DNA of 64,000 nt. Source: Phycisphaerales bacterium. Lineage in GTDB: Bacteria; Planctomycetota; Phycisphaerae; Phycisphaerales; UBA1924. Below, in pieces: positions 55,131 through 64,000 of this stretch. The stretch covers positions 2,688,001-2,752,000 of the forward strand of contig OZ245777.1 of NCBI GenBank assembly GCA_965227775.1. The letters run 5' to 3'. Numbering within the stretch: position 1 is the first letter of the stretch; each line of letters starts with the position of its first letter. The position numbers and the translations under genes were made by a program. The notes under the pieces are model-generated. The model worked only from the letters and a program-made list of their open reading frames with translations, was not told the DNA's origin and made no database searches.

Positions 55131-57542
55131 GTGGAGCCCCAGTTGATCGTCGGCACCCTCCTAGCCATCTTCGCACTGGCCGTGGCGGCCCCGTCCCTGC
55201 ACCGCGTGCTGGGACGAGCCACGGGCTACGTGCTGGCTCTGGGTCCGCTGGTCGCCTTTGGGTACTACCTCACGCAGATGAACTCAACCGCCGCCGGCGA
55301 GGCGACGACCGTCGCCGTGGCATGGGCCGAGTCGCTGGGGGTGGAGTTCTCGTTCCGTGTCGACTCGCTCAGCACGCTGTTCGCGTTGCTGGTCACCGGC
55401 GTGGGCACGGGCATCGTGCTGTACGCCAACAGCTACCTGGAAGGCCACCCGAAGCGGGGCCGGTTCTTTGGCTACCTGCTCGGCTTTATGGGCGCGATGC
55501 TGGGCCTCGTGCTGGCCGACGATCTGATCCTGCTCTTCATCTTCTGGGAGCTCACGAGCATTACGAGCTACCTGCTCATCGGCTTCGACCATGAGCGTGA
55601 GAAAGCCCGAAAGAGCGCCCTGCAGGCCTTGGTCATCACGGGTCTGGGCGGGCTATCAATGTTGGCCGGCCTGGTGCTACTCGGGCAGATCGCCGGCACA
55701 TTCTCGGTGTCGGGCATCATCGAGAACTATCAGACCCTCGCCGAGAGCCCGCTGACTCTGGCGGCCATGATCCTGGTGCTGGGCGGCGCGTTCACCAAGA
55801 GCGCACAGTTCCCGTTCCACTTCTGGCTGCCAAACGCGATGGAGGCGCCATCGCCGGTCAGCGCCTACTTGCACTCTTCAACGATGGTCAAGGCGGGCGT
55901 GTACCTCGTGGCCCGCCTGAATCCGGCTTTCACCGAAGATCCGGCCTGGCAGTGGGCGCTTGCTGGCTTTGGCGGCGCGACGATGCTGCTGGGCGCGTAT
56001 ATGGCGACGCGGCAGACCTACTACAAGAAGGTCCTGGCCTACACCACCGTGAGTTCGCTGGGCATCATGGTCATGCTCATCGGCCTTGGTGCGCCGCAGG
56101 CCGCAGCCGCGTACATCCTTGCGCACGCGCTGTTCAAGGGCGCGTTGTTCCTCGTTGCCGGCATCGTCGACCACGAGGCGGGCGTGAAGGACACCGAGCA
56201 GATGGGCGGGCTCTTCAGCAAGATGCCCGTCACCGCCCTTGTCGCCATCATCTCGGGCCTGTCGATGGCCGGCATGGTGCCGTTGCTGGGCTTTGTGGCG
56301 AAGGAACTGCTCCTCAAGGGCAGCCTGCACGCGCATGGAGGGCCGCATGACGTCGCCTGGCTCTGGCCCACGATCTCAACGGTGGCCGGGTCGTTCATGG
56401 CAGTCGCTGGCTTCCAGGCTGGCATCCGGCCCTTCCTCATGAAGCGGACGGCAGAGGGTGACTATCCCAAGCCACCGCACGAGGCACCGCCGCCCATGCT
56501 GCTGGGCCCGGTCGTGCTGACGTGCTTGACGCTCGTCGGCGGGCTCGCGCCGATGTTGTTTGCCAAGCCGATCATCAACGGCACGACGGCATCGATCGCC
56601 GGGGCTCACGAGGTCGAACTCGTGAAGCTCAGCGCGATCTACATGGCCACGCACGCGAGCACGGCCCTGCTGCTCAGCGGAATCGCGCTCGTCGCCGGTG
56701 CGCTGCTGTTCTGGTTCCGCGGCCCGTGGCGCACGATCACGGGCCCGCTCGATCGCATCGGCTCCACCATTGGCCCCGAGCGGATCTACCACCTGCTCTT
56801 TGCCGGCACGGTCGGCCCGGTCTCGCTGGCAACCATGCAGACCAAGCTGCTCCAGAGCGGATACCTGCGTGTGTACGTCCAGGTCACCGTGCTCACCGCG
56901 CTCACGCTGGCTGGCGGGCTCATGGTCTGGCAGGGTGGGTTGGTTGAGTCGATCTCGGCGGCACTGCCGAAGTTCGGAGAGATCGCCTGGACCGAGTTGC
57001 TGTTCGAGGCCGTGCTGGTCTGCATGATCTGCATCGCGGCGATCGCAAGCACGCAGATGCGTGGGCGTCTGTCGACCATCGCCGTGCTGGGCGTCGTGGG
57101 CTATTGCTCAGCAGTAATCTTCGTGCTGTTCGGTGCACCCGATGTCGCAATGACCCAGTTCGCCGTCGAGACACTCACGGTGATCATCTTCGTGCTGGTG
57201 GTCTACCACCTGCCGAGGTTCGCCGTGTACAGCTCGAAGAAGGTCAAGACCCTCGACGCCATCCTCGGCGCGGCGTTCGGCCTGATGATGGCCGCATTCG
57301 TGGTCTCGTCGTTCGCGATCAACGCCGACGACGGCATCTCGTGGTTCTACAACCGATATGCACTTCCCAACGCGCCCGGCGAGCACGTTGCCTACGGCCG
57401 GAATCTCGTCAACATCATCCTCGTCGACTTCCGCGCCCTGGACACGCTCGGAGAGATCTTCGTGCTCGGTCTGGCGGCGGTTGGCGTCTACACGCTGCTG
57501 AAGCTTCGGCAAGAGCGTCCGGCCCAGGGAGGGATGGCATGA
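55131..57542 (+). CDS. mrpA: Mrp Na+/H+ antiporter subunit A
   Basis: FWELTSITSYLLIG, KSAQFPFHFWLP.AMEAP.PVSAYLHS.TMVKAG, APDVA.TQ, N.VN.ILVDFR.LDT.GE. Confidence 0.95.
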   Translation: MEPQLIVGTLLAIFALAVAAPSLHRVLGRATGYVLALGPLVAFGYYLTQMNSTAAGEATTVAVAWAESLGVEFSFRVDSLSTLFALLVTGVGTGIVLYANSYLEGHPKRGRFFGYLLGFMGAMLGLVLADDLILLFIFWELTSITSYLLIGFDHEREKARKSALQALVITGLGGLSMLAGLVLLGQIAGTFSVSGIIENYQTLAESPLTLAAMILVLGGAFTKSAQFPFHFWLPNAMEAPSPVSAYLHSSTMVKAGVYLVARLNPAFTEDPAWQWALAGFGGATMLLGAYMATRQTYYKKVLAYTTVSSLGIMVMLIGLGAPQAAAAYILAHALFKGALFLVAGIVDHEAGVKDTEQMGGLFSKMPVTALVAIISGLSMAGMVPLLGFVAKELLLKGSLHAHGGPHDVAWLWPTISTVAGSFMAVAGFQAGIRPFLMKRTAEGDYPKPPHEAPPPMLLGPVVLTCLTLVGGLAPMLFAKPIINGTTASIAGAHEVELVKLSAIYMATHASTALLLSGIALVAGALLFWFRGPWRTITGPLDRIGSTIGPERIYHLLFAGTVGPVSLATMQTKLLQSGYLRVYVQVTVLTALTLAGGLMVWQGGLVESISAALPKFGEIAWTELLFEAVLVCMICIAAIASTQMRGRLSTIAVLGVVGYCSAVIFVLFGAPDVAMTQFAVETLTVIIFVLVVYHLPRFAVYSSKKVKTLDAILGAAFGLMMAAFVVSSFAINADDGISWFYNRYALPNAPGEHVAYGRNLVNIILVDFRALDTLGEIFVLGLAAVGVYTLLKLRQERPAQGGMA

Positions 57543-57955
57543 ACTCCATCATCCTCCGCACCGCTACCCGGTTCATGCTGCCGCTGCTGATCTTGTTCAG
57601 CATCGTCGTGCTGCTGCGGGGACACAACCAGCCAGGAGGCGGCTTCGTGGGTGGGCTGCTGGCAACGTCGGCGTTCGCGCTGTATGCGATGGCTTTTGGC
57701 GTGCCCGCCATGTATCGGATCCTGCGGGTGCCCCTGACAACCTACATCGCCATCGGGCTCGGCATGGCGCTCGTCAGTGGCTTACCGGGCCTCATCGACG
57801 GGGGGCCGTTTCTCTACGGCATGTGGTCCAGCTTCGAGCTCGCCGGCATCGGCGAGTTGAAGGTCGGCACCCCGCTGTTGTTCGATATCGGCGTCTACTT
57901 CACTGTCATGGGCGTGTGCCTGCTCATGCTGAGCACACTGGCCGAAGAGAGCTAA
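57539..57955 (+). CDS. mrpB: Mrp antiporter subunit B
   Basis: MNSIILRT, LRGHNQPGGGF.GGL, LLFDIGVY; ATGA overlap with mrpA. Confidence 0.93.
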   Translation: MNSIILRTATRFMLPLLILFSIVVLLRGHNQPGGGFVGGLLATSAFALYAMAFGVPAMYRILRVPLTTYIAIGLGMALVSGLPGLIDGGPFLYGMWSSFELAGIGELKVGTPLLFDIGVYFTVMGVCLLMLSTLAEES

Positions 57956-57973
57956 AGAAAGGAGGATCGCGAA

Positions 57974-58321
57974 ATGGAACTGCTGCTCGCCCTTGCCGTC
58001 GGATTTCTGTACGCCGCGGGCATCTACATGATCCTCCGCCGAAGCTTCGTGAAGCTGATCATCGGGCTGGCCCTCATCAGCCACGGCGCGAATCTCTTGA
58101 TCTTTGCCGCCGGCGGGCTCACGCGCGGCAAGCCGGCCCTCATCCCCGAGGATGAGGACCAGCTGGTGGGCAATTTCACCGACCCGCTGCCTCCTGCGCT
58201 GATCCTGACCGCCGTGGTCATCAGCTTTGCCATCCTCGCATTCACGATCGTGCTCGTGAAGCGGACGTACCAGGAGGTCGGCACCGACGACCTCGACGCA
58301 ATGCGGACGACCGACCGATGA
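57974..58321 (+). CDS. mrpC: Mrp antiporter subunit C
   Basis: [25 protein letters not shown]. Confidence 0.93.
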   Translation: MELLLALAVGFLYAAGIYMILRRSFVKLIIGLALISHGANLLIFAAGGLTRGKPALIPEDEDQLVGNFTDPLPPALILTAVVISFAILAFTIVLVKRTYQEVGTDDLDAMRTTDR

Positions 58322-59958
58322 ACGCGACGATCATCGCACCCATCCTGGTCCCCCTTGCCACAACGGTGCTCTGCATCGCGTTGTGGAAGGACCGCACAAC
58401 CCAGCGCATTGCCAGCGTGATCGGTGCCGTGTGTCTGCTGGCAACGTCCATCTCACTGCTCTACGCCACCAGCGACGGCACCGTGGTCACCACCAATGCC
58501 GCCGGCTGGGCCGCCCCCTTTGGCATCACGCTCGTCGCCGACACGCTGAGCGCCTTGCTCGTGGGCCTCACAGGTGTCATCGCCGTCGCGATCACCGTCT
58601 ACAGCTTGGGTGCCATTGATCGCAAGCGCGAGAGCTTCGGTTACCATCCACTCGTCCACGCCGTGCTGGCAGCCTGCTCGGGCGCGTTCCTCACCGGCGA
58701 CATCTTCAACATGTACGTCTGGTTCGAGATCATGCTTCTGGCCAGCTTCGTGCTGCTCACGCTGGGCGGGGAGCGCGGCCAGCTCGAGGGCGCCATCAAG
58801 TACGTCACCCTCAATCTGCTCTCGAGCGGCATCTTCCTGGCTGCCATCGGCCTGCTTTACGGCATGACCGGTACGCTCAACATGGCCCACCTGTCGATCG
58901 TGCTCGATCGGGCCGACAACCCCGGCGCCATCACCGCGCTCTCCATGCTGTTCCTCGTCGCCTTTGGCATCAAGGCGGCCGTCTTCCCGCTGTTCTTCTG
59001 GCTTCCCGCGAGCTACCACACGCCGCCGGTGGCCATCACCGCGCTGTTCGCGGGCCTGCTGACCAAGGTGGGCGTCTACTCAATCATGCGGACGTTCACA
59101 CTGCTGTTCGACCAGCAGCTCGACATCACGGCACCCATCCTCATGTGGATCAGCGGGCTCACGATGGTGACCGGCGTGCTCGGCGCTGCCTGCCAGTTCG
59201 AGATCCGACGCATCCTGGCGTTCCACAGCGTCAGCCAGATCGGATACATGCTCATGGGCCTGTCGATCGCGCTCTACGCGCTCGCGCACGCGGAGCCCGA
59301 CAGCGTCGGCGCCAGAGAAACCGCCACCATTGCGCTCGCGGGTTCGGCGATGTTCCTGCTGCACCACGGCATCGTGAAGGGCAACCTGTTCCTCATCAGC
59401 GGGCTGGTCCAGCGCCTCGCGGGCACGAGCGAACTCAAGCACCTCGGCGGGCTCGTCAAGACCCACCCATGGACGGGCGTGCTGTTCATGGCGTCGGCCC
59501 TTTCACTGGCTGGCATCCCGATCTCGACCGGATTCTGGGGTAAGTTCGTGCTCATCAAGAGCGGGCTGGCCGCGGGCGCGTTCGCGCTCGTCGCTGCTTC
59601 GCTCTGCGTCAGCATCCTGACGCTCTACTCCATGACCAAGATCTGGGCCGAAGCGTTCTGGAAGGAGCCGCCCGAGTCCATGCCCGAGCCGCCGCCGGTG
59701 AGCGGCAAGGACGATCGCACCCGTATCGGCTTCATGGCCGCGCCCATCATCGTGCTCGCAACGGCCACAATCGCGCTGGGTGTCTTCATCGAGCCGCTCT
59801 ACCAGGTCGCGGAGAGCGCGGGCGAACAGGTGCTTGACACCGAGGCATATCAGCGAGCCGTGCTTGGCGACTACTACCAGCGAGCCGTCGACGGCACGCT
59901 GGGCGAGTTGGCTACCGTTCCATCGACGACCGAGACCATGCAGGGGGACCAGCCATAG
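58318..59958 (+). CDS. mrpD: Mrp antiporter subunit D
   Basis: GAFLTGD.FN.YV.FE, G.TGTLNMA, F..KA..FPL.FWLP.SY, LTKVG.Y. Confidence 0.95.
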   Translation: MNATIIAPILVPLATTVLCIALWKDRTTQRIASVIGAVCLLATSISLLYATSDGTVVTTNAAGWAAPFGITLVADTLSALLVGLTGVIAVAITVYSLGAIDRKRESFGYHPLVHAVLAACSGAFLTGDIFNMYVWFEIMLLASFVLLTLGGERGQLEGAIKYVTLNLLSSGIFLAAIGLLYGMTGTLNMAHLSIVLDRADNPGAITALSMLFLVAFGIKAAVFPLFFWLPASYHTPPVAITALFAGLLTKVGVYSIMRTFTLLFDQQLDITAPILMWISGLTMVTGVLGAACQFEIRRILAFHSVSQIGYMLMGLSIALYALAHAEPDSVGARETATIALAGSAMFLLHHGIVKGNLFLISGLVQRLAGTSELKHLGGLVKTHPWTGVLFMASALSLAGIPISTGFWGKFVLIKSGLAAGAFALVAASLCVSILTLYSMTKIWAEAFWKEPPESMPEPPPVSGKDDRTRIGFMAAPIIVLATATIALGVFIEPLYQVAESAGEQVLDTEAYQRAVLGDYYQRAVDGTLGELATVPSTTETMQGDQP

Positions 59959-60431
59959 GCGCGCTCGTTCTCAATCTCGTGCTTGCGCTGGTGTGGGCGA
60001 TGGCCATCGGCCCGTTCTCGCCGGCCAACTTCTTCATCGGCTTCGTCATCGCGTTCGTGACGCTGCGGCTGTGCATTCCGCGCGAGATGCGAGGTTCGTA
60101 TTACTCGAAGGTCGGCCGCATCTCGCTGTTCTGCTTCTACGTCATCGTCGAGCTGGTTATCGCCAACATCAAGATGGCCTACTACACCATGAGCCCGCTG
60201 CGCAAGCTCAAGCCCGGCGTGCTGGCCGTCCCACTGGTCGAGGACATCACCGATACCGAGCTAACCATCCTGGCAAACCTCATCACGCTTACGCCGGGAA
60301 CGCTGAGCCTCGATGTCTCGGCCGACAAGTCGATCCTGTTCATCCACTTCATGCACGTCACCAGCCCCGACGAGATGCGGCGTGAGATCAAGGACGGCTT
60401 CGAGCGTCGCCTGCTGGAGGTGACGCGATGA
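59955..60431 (+). CDS. mrpE: Mrp antiporter subunit E (probable ATA start; first canonical start is GTG 59979)
   Basis: N..LA..W, E...AN, PG...VP, LANLITLTPGTL, IK..FE..L. Confidence 0.9.
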   Translation: MGALVLNLVLALVWAMAIGPFSPANFFIGFVIAFVTLRLCIPREMRGSYYSKVGRISLFCFYVIVELVIANIKMAYYTMSPLRKLKPGVLAVPLVEDITDTELTILANLITLTPGTLSLDVSADKSILFIHFMHVTSPDEMRREIKDGFERRLLEVTR

Positions 60432-60751
60432 ACCTGATCACCCCCGCCGCCATCATCACGCCGGCGCTCAACGACGGTCCGGTTTTCATCGAGGTCATCG
60501 TGCTCGTCGTGCTGGGCATGCTTGCGATCGCGATGATCGGCTGCCTCGTCCGCTTGCTCATCGGCCCGACGCTGCCCGATCGCGTGGTCGCACTCGATCT
60601 CATGGGCATGTTCGCGGTGGCCGTTATCGCAATTTTTGCGATCCTCATCGGCAAGCCCGTGCTTCTGAGCGTGTGCCTGGTGATGGGCCTTATCCTCTTC
60701 CTGGGCACCGCTGCGTTCGCCCTCTACCTTGAGCGGAGAGCCCGGCCATGA
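60428..60751 (+). CDS. mrpF: Mrp antiporter subunit F
   Basis: RL..GPTLPDRVVALD, FLGT.AFA.YL. Confidence 0.92.
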   Translation: MNLITPAAIITPALNDGPVFIEVIVLVVLGMLAIAMIGCLVRLLIGPTLPDRVVALDLMGMFAVAVIAIFAILIGKPVLLSVCLVMGLILFLGTAAFALYLERRARP

Positions 60752-61278
60752 ACGAGTGGATGGTCAGCGCCATCGCGTGGCTCAACTACGGGCTCACCGT
60801 TGGCCTCGTGCTCATTGGCGGGTTCTTCAGCGTGCTGGCCGCCGTCGGCCTGCTACGCATGCCCGACGTATACACCCGCATGCAGGCGGCCACCAAGGCG
60901 GGAACGCTTGGCGTCGGCTGCATGGTGCTCGCGGTCGCCACCCACTTCGTGAGCCTCGACGTCGTGCTCGAGGCGTTGCTGGTCATCGGTATGCTGTTCA
61001 TCACGGCTCCCATCGCCAGCCACCTGATCGCACGCGCGGCGTACTTTGTCGGCAGCCCACTCTGGGACGGCACCGCACACGACGAGATGCGCGGCTGCTA
61101 CGACGCGGATTCGCACATCCTCCACCAGAAGCCGGCCGACACCGACGACGAAACCAGCGACACGCGCCCGTCGCTCCTGGCCGGACGCACTTCCCGCGAA
61201 GTGCTGACCGATGAGGACGACGAGGACACCAGCCCCCGCGTCAAGCGTCGCAGCCAGTCGCGCTCGCAGGCCGGCTGA
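60748..61278 (+). CDS. mrpG: Mrp antiporter subunit G with charged C-terminal extension
   Basis: G..R.PD.YTR.QA.TK..TLG, TAP..SH...RAA. Confidence 0.92.
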   Translation: MNEWMVSAIAWLNYGLTVGLVLIGGFFSVLAAVGLLRMPDVYTRMQAATKAGTLGVGCMVLAVATHFVSLDVVLEALLVIGMLFITAPIASHLIARAAYFVGSPLWDGTAHDEMRGCYDADSHILHQKPADTDDETSDTRPSLLAGRTSREVLTDEDDEDTSPRVKRRSQSRSQAG

Positions 61279-61317
61279 CCCGTGCCACTGCGCCCGTCTG
61301 CCCACCTACCCTGACCG

Positions 61318-61854
61318 ATGGCAGCACCGGCAACCCCGAACCCGAAGTCGCCCCCGGGCCAGCCGCTCGTCGGCGTCATCATGGGCTCGACGAGTGACTG
61401 GGACACGATGGCCCACGCAGCTGCATCGCTCGCAGACCTTGGTGTTGCCTTCGAGTGCAAGGTCGTCTCGGCCCACCGCACACCCGACTTGCTCTTTGAG
61501 TACGCAAGCAGCGCGAAAGACCGCGGCCTGATGGTCATCATCGCCGGTGCCGGTGGCGCGGCCCACCTTCCCGGCATGTGCGCCAGCAAGACGTCGCTGC
61601 CTGTGCTCGGTGTGCCCGTACAAAGCAAGGCGTTGAGCGGAATCGACTCACTGCTCTCAATCGCGCAGATGCCCGGCGGCGTACCTGTCGGAACGCTCGC
61701 CATCGGCACGGCAGGCGCCCGAAACGCCGGCATCCTGGCGGCCCAGATTGTCGCGCTATCGAACCCAGGCGTGGCCGAGACGATCGACGCGTTCCGAACG
61801 AAGCAGACCGGCACCGTCCTTGATGCGAAGCTCCCGCCGGAGAGCGGCGCGTGA
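61318..61854 (+). CDS. purE: N5-CAIR mutase
   Basis: [38 protein letters not shown]. Confidence 0.97.
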   Translation: MAAPATPNPKSPPGQPLVGVIMGSTSDWDTMAHAAASLADLGVAFECKVVSAHRTPDLLFEYASSAKDRGLMVIIAGAGGAAHLPGMCASKTSLPVLGVPVQSKALSGIDSLLSIAQMPGGVPVGTLAIGTAGARNAGILAAQIVALSNPGVAETIDAFRTKQTGTVLDAKLPPESGA

Positions 61855-62939
61855 GGCTGGGCATCCTCGGGGGCGGCCAGCTTGCACGCATGATGTCGAT
61901 CGCGGCCGCTCCCCTGGGCGTCCGTGTGCGAACCTACGACCCCAGCCCGGACGCGTGCGCGGGGGATGTGTGCGAGCTCATCGTCGGTGAGTACGACGAC
62001 GCCAAGGCCCTGCAACGGTTCGCCGACGGGCTCGATGCCGTCACCTACGAGTTCGAGAACGTGCCTACCATCGCCGCGGAAACGCTGACCCCGCTCGTTC
62101 GGGTGCGGCCGGGCATCGAGAGCCTGCGAATCTCGCAAGACCGCGGGCTCGAGAAGCACGCCCTGATCGCCGCGGGCTTCGAGGTCGCACCCTGGTCGCC
62201 CGTTGACTCGCTCGATGCGCTCCGGGAAGCCGTGGAGACCATCGGCACGCCTGCCATCCTGAAGACCCGGCGGGGCGGATACGACGGCAAGGGGCAAGCC
62301 ATCATCGCCGACGTCGCCGACCTGCCGCGCGCGTGGTCAGCCATCGACGAACGGCCCGCAGTGCTCGAGAAGATGCTGCGGTTTGATCGCGAGCTTTCGC
62401 TGGTTGCCACACGCGGCGTCGAGGATTCTGCGGCCTACTACCCGCTCGTCGAGAACGCGCATCGCCAGGGAATCCTGCGCGTGACCGTCGCGCCGGCCAC
62501 GGGCGTAACCGAGGCCATTGATGCTGAGGCGCAAGCGATGGCCCGAACGCTGATGACGTCGCTCGACCACATCGGTGTGCTCACGATCGAGCTCTTCGAA
62601 GTCGACGGCCGCCTGATCGCAAACGAGTTCGCCCCGCGTGTGCACAACAGCGGCCACTGGACGATCGACGGAGCCGCGACGAGCCAGTTCGAGAACCATG
62701 TCCGGGCCGTCATGGGCCTACCCCTGGGGTCGACCGAGGTGCGCTGCCCCACCATGATGCTCAACTGCATCGGGCAATTACCGCACGTGCCGACCGTGCT
62801 GTCGTGCCCGGACTCGAAGTTGCACGACTACCGCAAGCAGCCGCGCCCCGGCCGGAAGGTCGCCCACGTCAACGTCTGCAACTGCACGGGCGATCGGACG
62901 GAAGAGCTCGCCAGCACATTCCGCATCGACCTGGGCTAG
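61851..62939 (+). CDS. purK: N5-CAIR synthase
   Basis: [45 protein letters not shown]. Confidence 0.96.
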   Translation: MRLGILGGGQLARMMSIAAAPLGVRVRTYDPSPDACAGDVCELIVGEYDDAKALQRFADGLDAVTYEFENVPTIAAETLTPLVRVRPGIESLRISQDRGLEKHALIAAGFEVAPWSPVDSLDALREAVETIGTPAILKTRRGGYDGKGQAIIADVADLPRAWSAIDERPAVLEKMLRFDRELSLVATRGVEDSAAYYPLVENAHRQGILRVTVAPATGVTEAIDAEAQAMARTLMTSLDHIGVLTIELFEVDGRLIANEFAPRVHNSGHWTIDGAATSQFENHVRAVMGLPLGSTEVRCPTMMLNCIGQLPHVPTVLSCPDSKLHDYRKQPRPGRKVAHVNVCNCTGDRTEELASTFRIDLG

Positions 62940-63520
62940 AAACTGAGCAAGAGTGTCGAGATCTGGATCGCCGGCTTCTCGCGCATCTCGAACATGTCGT
63001 AACCACCCTCCGCGTCGTCGCCCGCGTGCCGAACGACCAACGAGGCAACGTGGCGTTTCTCGCAGGGGCAGCCAATCCAGAGCCAGCCATCCCGCCGGAT
63101 CCACTCGCAGATGCCGGGCGATCGCTCTGGCACGCGAAGCTCACGAACATCGTCGGGCAATCCCGTCCCCATCGCCTTTGCCAGCGCTTCCTTTCGGGTC
63201 CACAGGTCGAGCAGTGACCGCGGATCCTGCGGCGGCGAGTCACTCACGAGCGAGGCCATGTCGGCGAGCTCACTCCAAGGGCGTAGCGGCTCGACGTCTA
63301 TGCCGATCGCCGCGAAGTCACTCACGGCGCACATCGCCAGTCCGTCCGCCCGGGATAGCGAGACGGACAGACCATCAACAATGGGAGCCCGGCCCTCGTT
63401 GTGCACAACGGGACGCTCCTCGCCCGCCTCAAGCTCGACGGCCTGTCGCAGCAGGTCTCGGGCCGAATTCGGCTTGGCCCGCTGCTCCGGCGCTCGCTGC
63501 GACCACACAGACACTCGCAT
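62936..63520 (-). CDS. 4'-phosphopantetheinyl transferase (Sfp-like)
   Basis: G.P, S.S, IGIDVE, WTRKEA..KA.G.GL; TGATG overlap with the upstream gene. Confidence 0.82.
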   Translation of the reverse strand: MRVSVWSQRAPEQRAKPNSARDLLRQAVELEAGEERPVVHNEGRAPIVDGLSVSLSRADGLAMCAVSDFAAIGIDVEPLRPWSELADMASLVSDSPPQDPRSLLDLWTRKEALAKAMGTGLPDDVRELRVPERSPGICEWIRRDGWLWIGCPCEKRHVASLVVRHAGDDAEGGYDMFEMREKPAIQISTLLLSF

Positions 63521-64000
63521 CAATCGATCCAGAACTGGACTTCGCGGACCCTCTCGCCCTCGGAAACGACCTTTGAGATCGGACGGAGGTAGTTATTGCG
63601 CTGATCCAGCGCGCCGGTTCCCGGGTCTTTGCCCGTCGCCTTCGCGGTGCCGCGACCGTCCTGCCCGGCGACCACCGCGAGATGTTCGTCCGTTGGCGCG
63701 CGGGTGTCGTCATGTTCGGCGTGGAACACGTTGTCCGCTCGGCCGCGGTCGAACTCGTTCTCAATGTCCTTGAACGTCCAGATCAGAGTCTCGGGATCGG
63801 GCTGCTGGAAAAACTCGACGTGCAGGTCGTTGAAGGCAACGTGTCCCGCCCATGCGTCCTTACCTTCGTAGAACTTCAGCGTATTGGACCCGTCGCCGAA
63901 TGGGCTGCTTTCTACGAGCTTCCACTGCCCGTCTTCAAGCGTGTACGCCGGCCCGCGATTGCCCCACACGGCTTCGACGGCGGAGAACGTGTTGCTCCAC
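63520..64000 (-). CDS. 3' part of a gene entering from the right, possibly a planctomycete prepilin-like (DUF1559/H-X9-DG-type) protein
   Basis: Frame open to the window edge; WAGHVAFNDLHVEF resembles the C-terminal motif of that family. N-terminus not visible. Confidence 0.45.
   Translation of the reverse strand, partial: WSNTFSAVEAVWGNRGPAYTLEDGQWKLVESSPFGDGSNTLKFYEGKDAWAGHVAFNDLHVEFFQQPDPETLIWTFKDIENEFDRGRADNVFHAEHDDTRAPTDEHLAVVAGQDGRGTAKATGKDPGTGALDQRNNYLRPISKVVSEGERVREVQFWID

Overview
High-GC bacterial chromosomal window, most likely from a Phycisphaerales (Planctomycetota). The taxon is inferred from four secreted proteins ending in the 'LTIFDFLxFQNxF..GC' dockerin-like tag and from three CxxC(G/N)Y..CPECG membrane proteins. 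Most of the window is housekeeping: start of a polyP:AMP phosphotransferase, rlmE, queD, ppk1, neuB-like, rpiA, ALDH, thiS, spoIID-like, dprA, lexA, ispD, EF-G paralog, gltX, cysC/sat, rsmB-like, PTS IIA, ABC-F, scoB, mrpABCDEFG and purEK. The main accessory feature is a 5,250-bp element integrated in the 3' end of tmRNA (ssrA, 33210-33557) and flanked by a perfect 28-bp direct repeat. It encodes a tyrosine integrase, an excisionase-like HTH, an RHH repressor, a Rep_trans initiator/relaxase, three unknown ORFs and a putative Abi-like membrane cargo. Its attachment site lies inside the integrase reading frame. Excision would give the integrase a different 57-aa C-terminus and join RHH-xis-int to orf-orf-ZnF-rep into one overlapping-gene operon under a single operator-bearing promoter. 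Integration therefore appears to act as the switch that cuts rep off from that promoter. The host also shows many leaderless gene starts and a probable ATA start for mrpE. All calls are by eye from motifs; no database searches were run.
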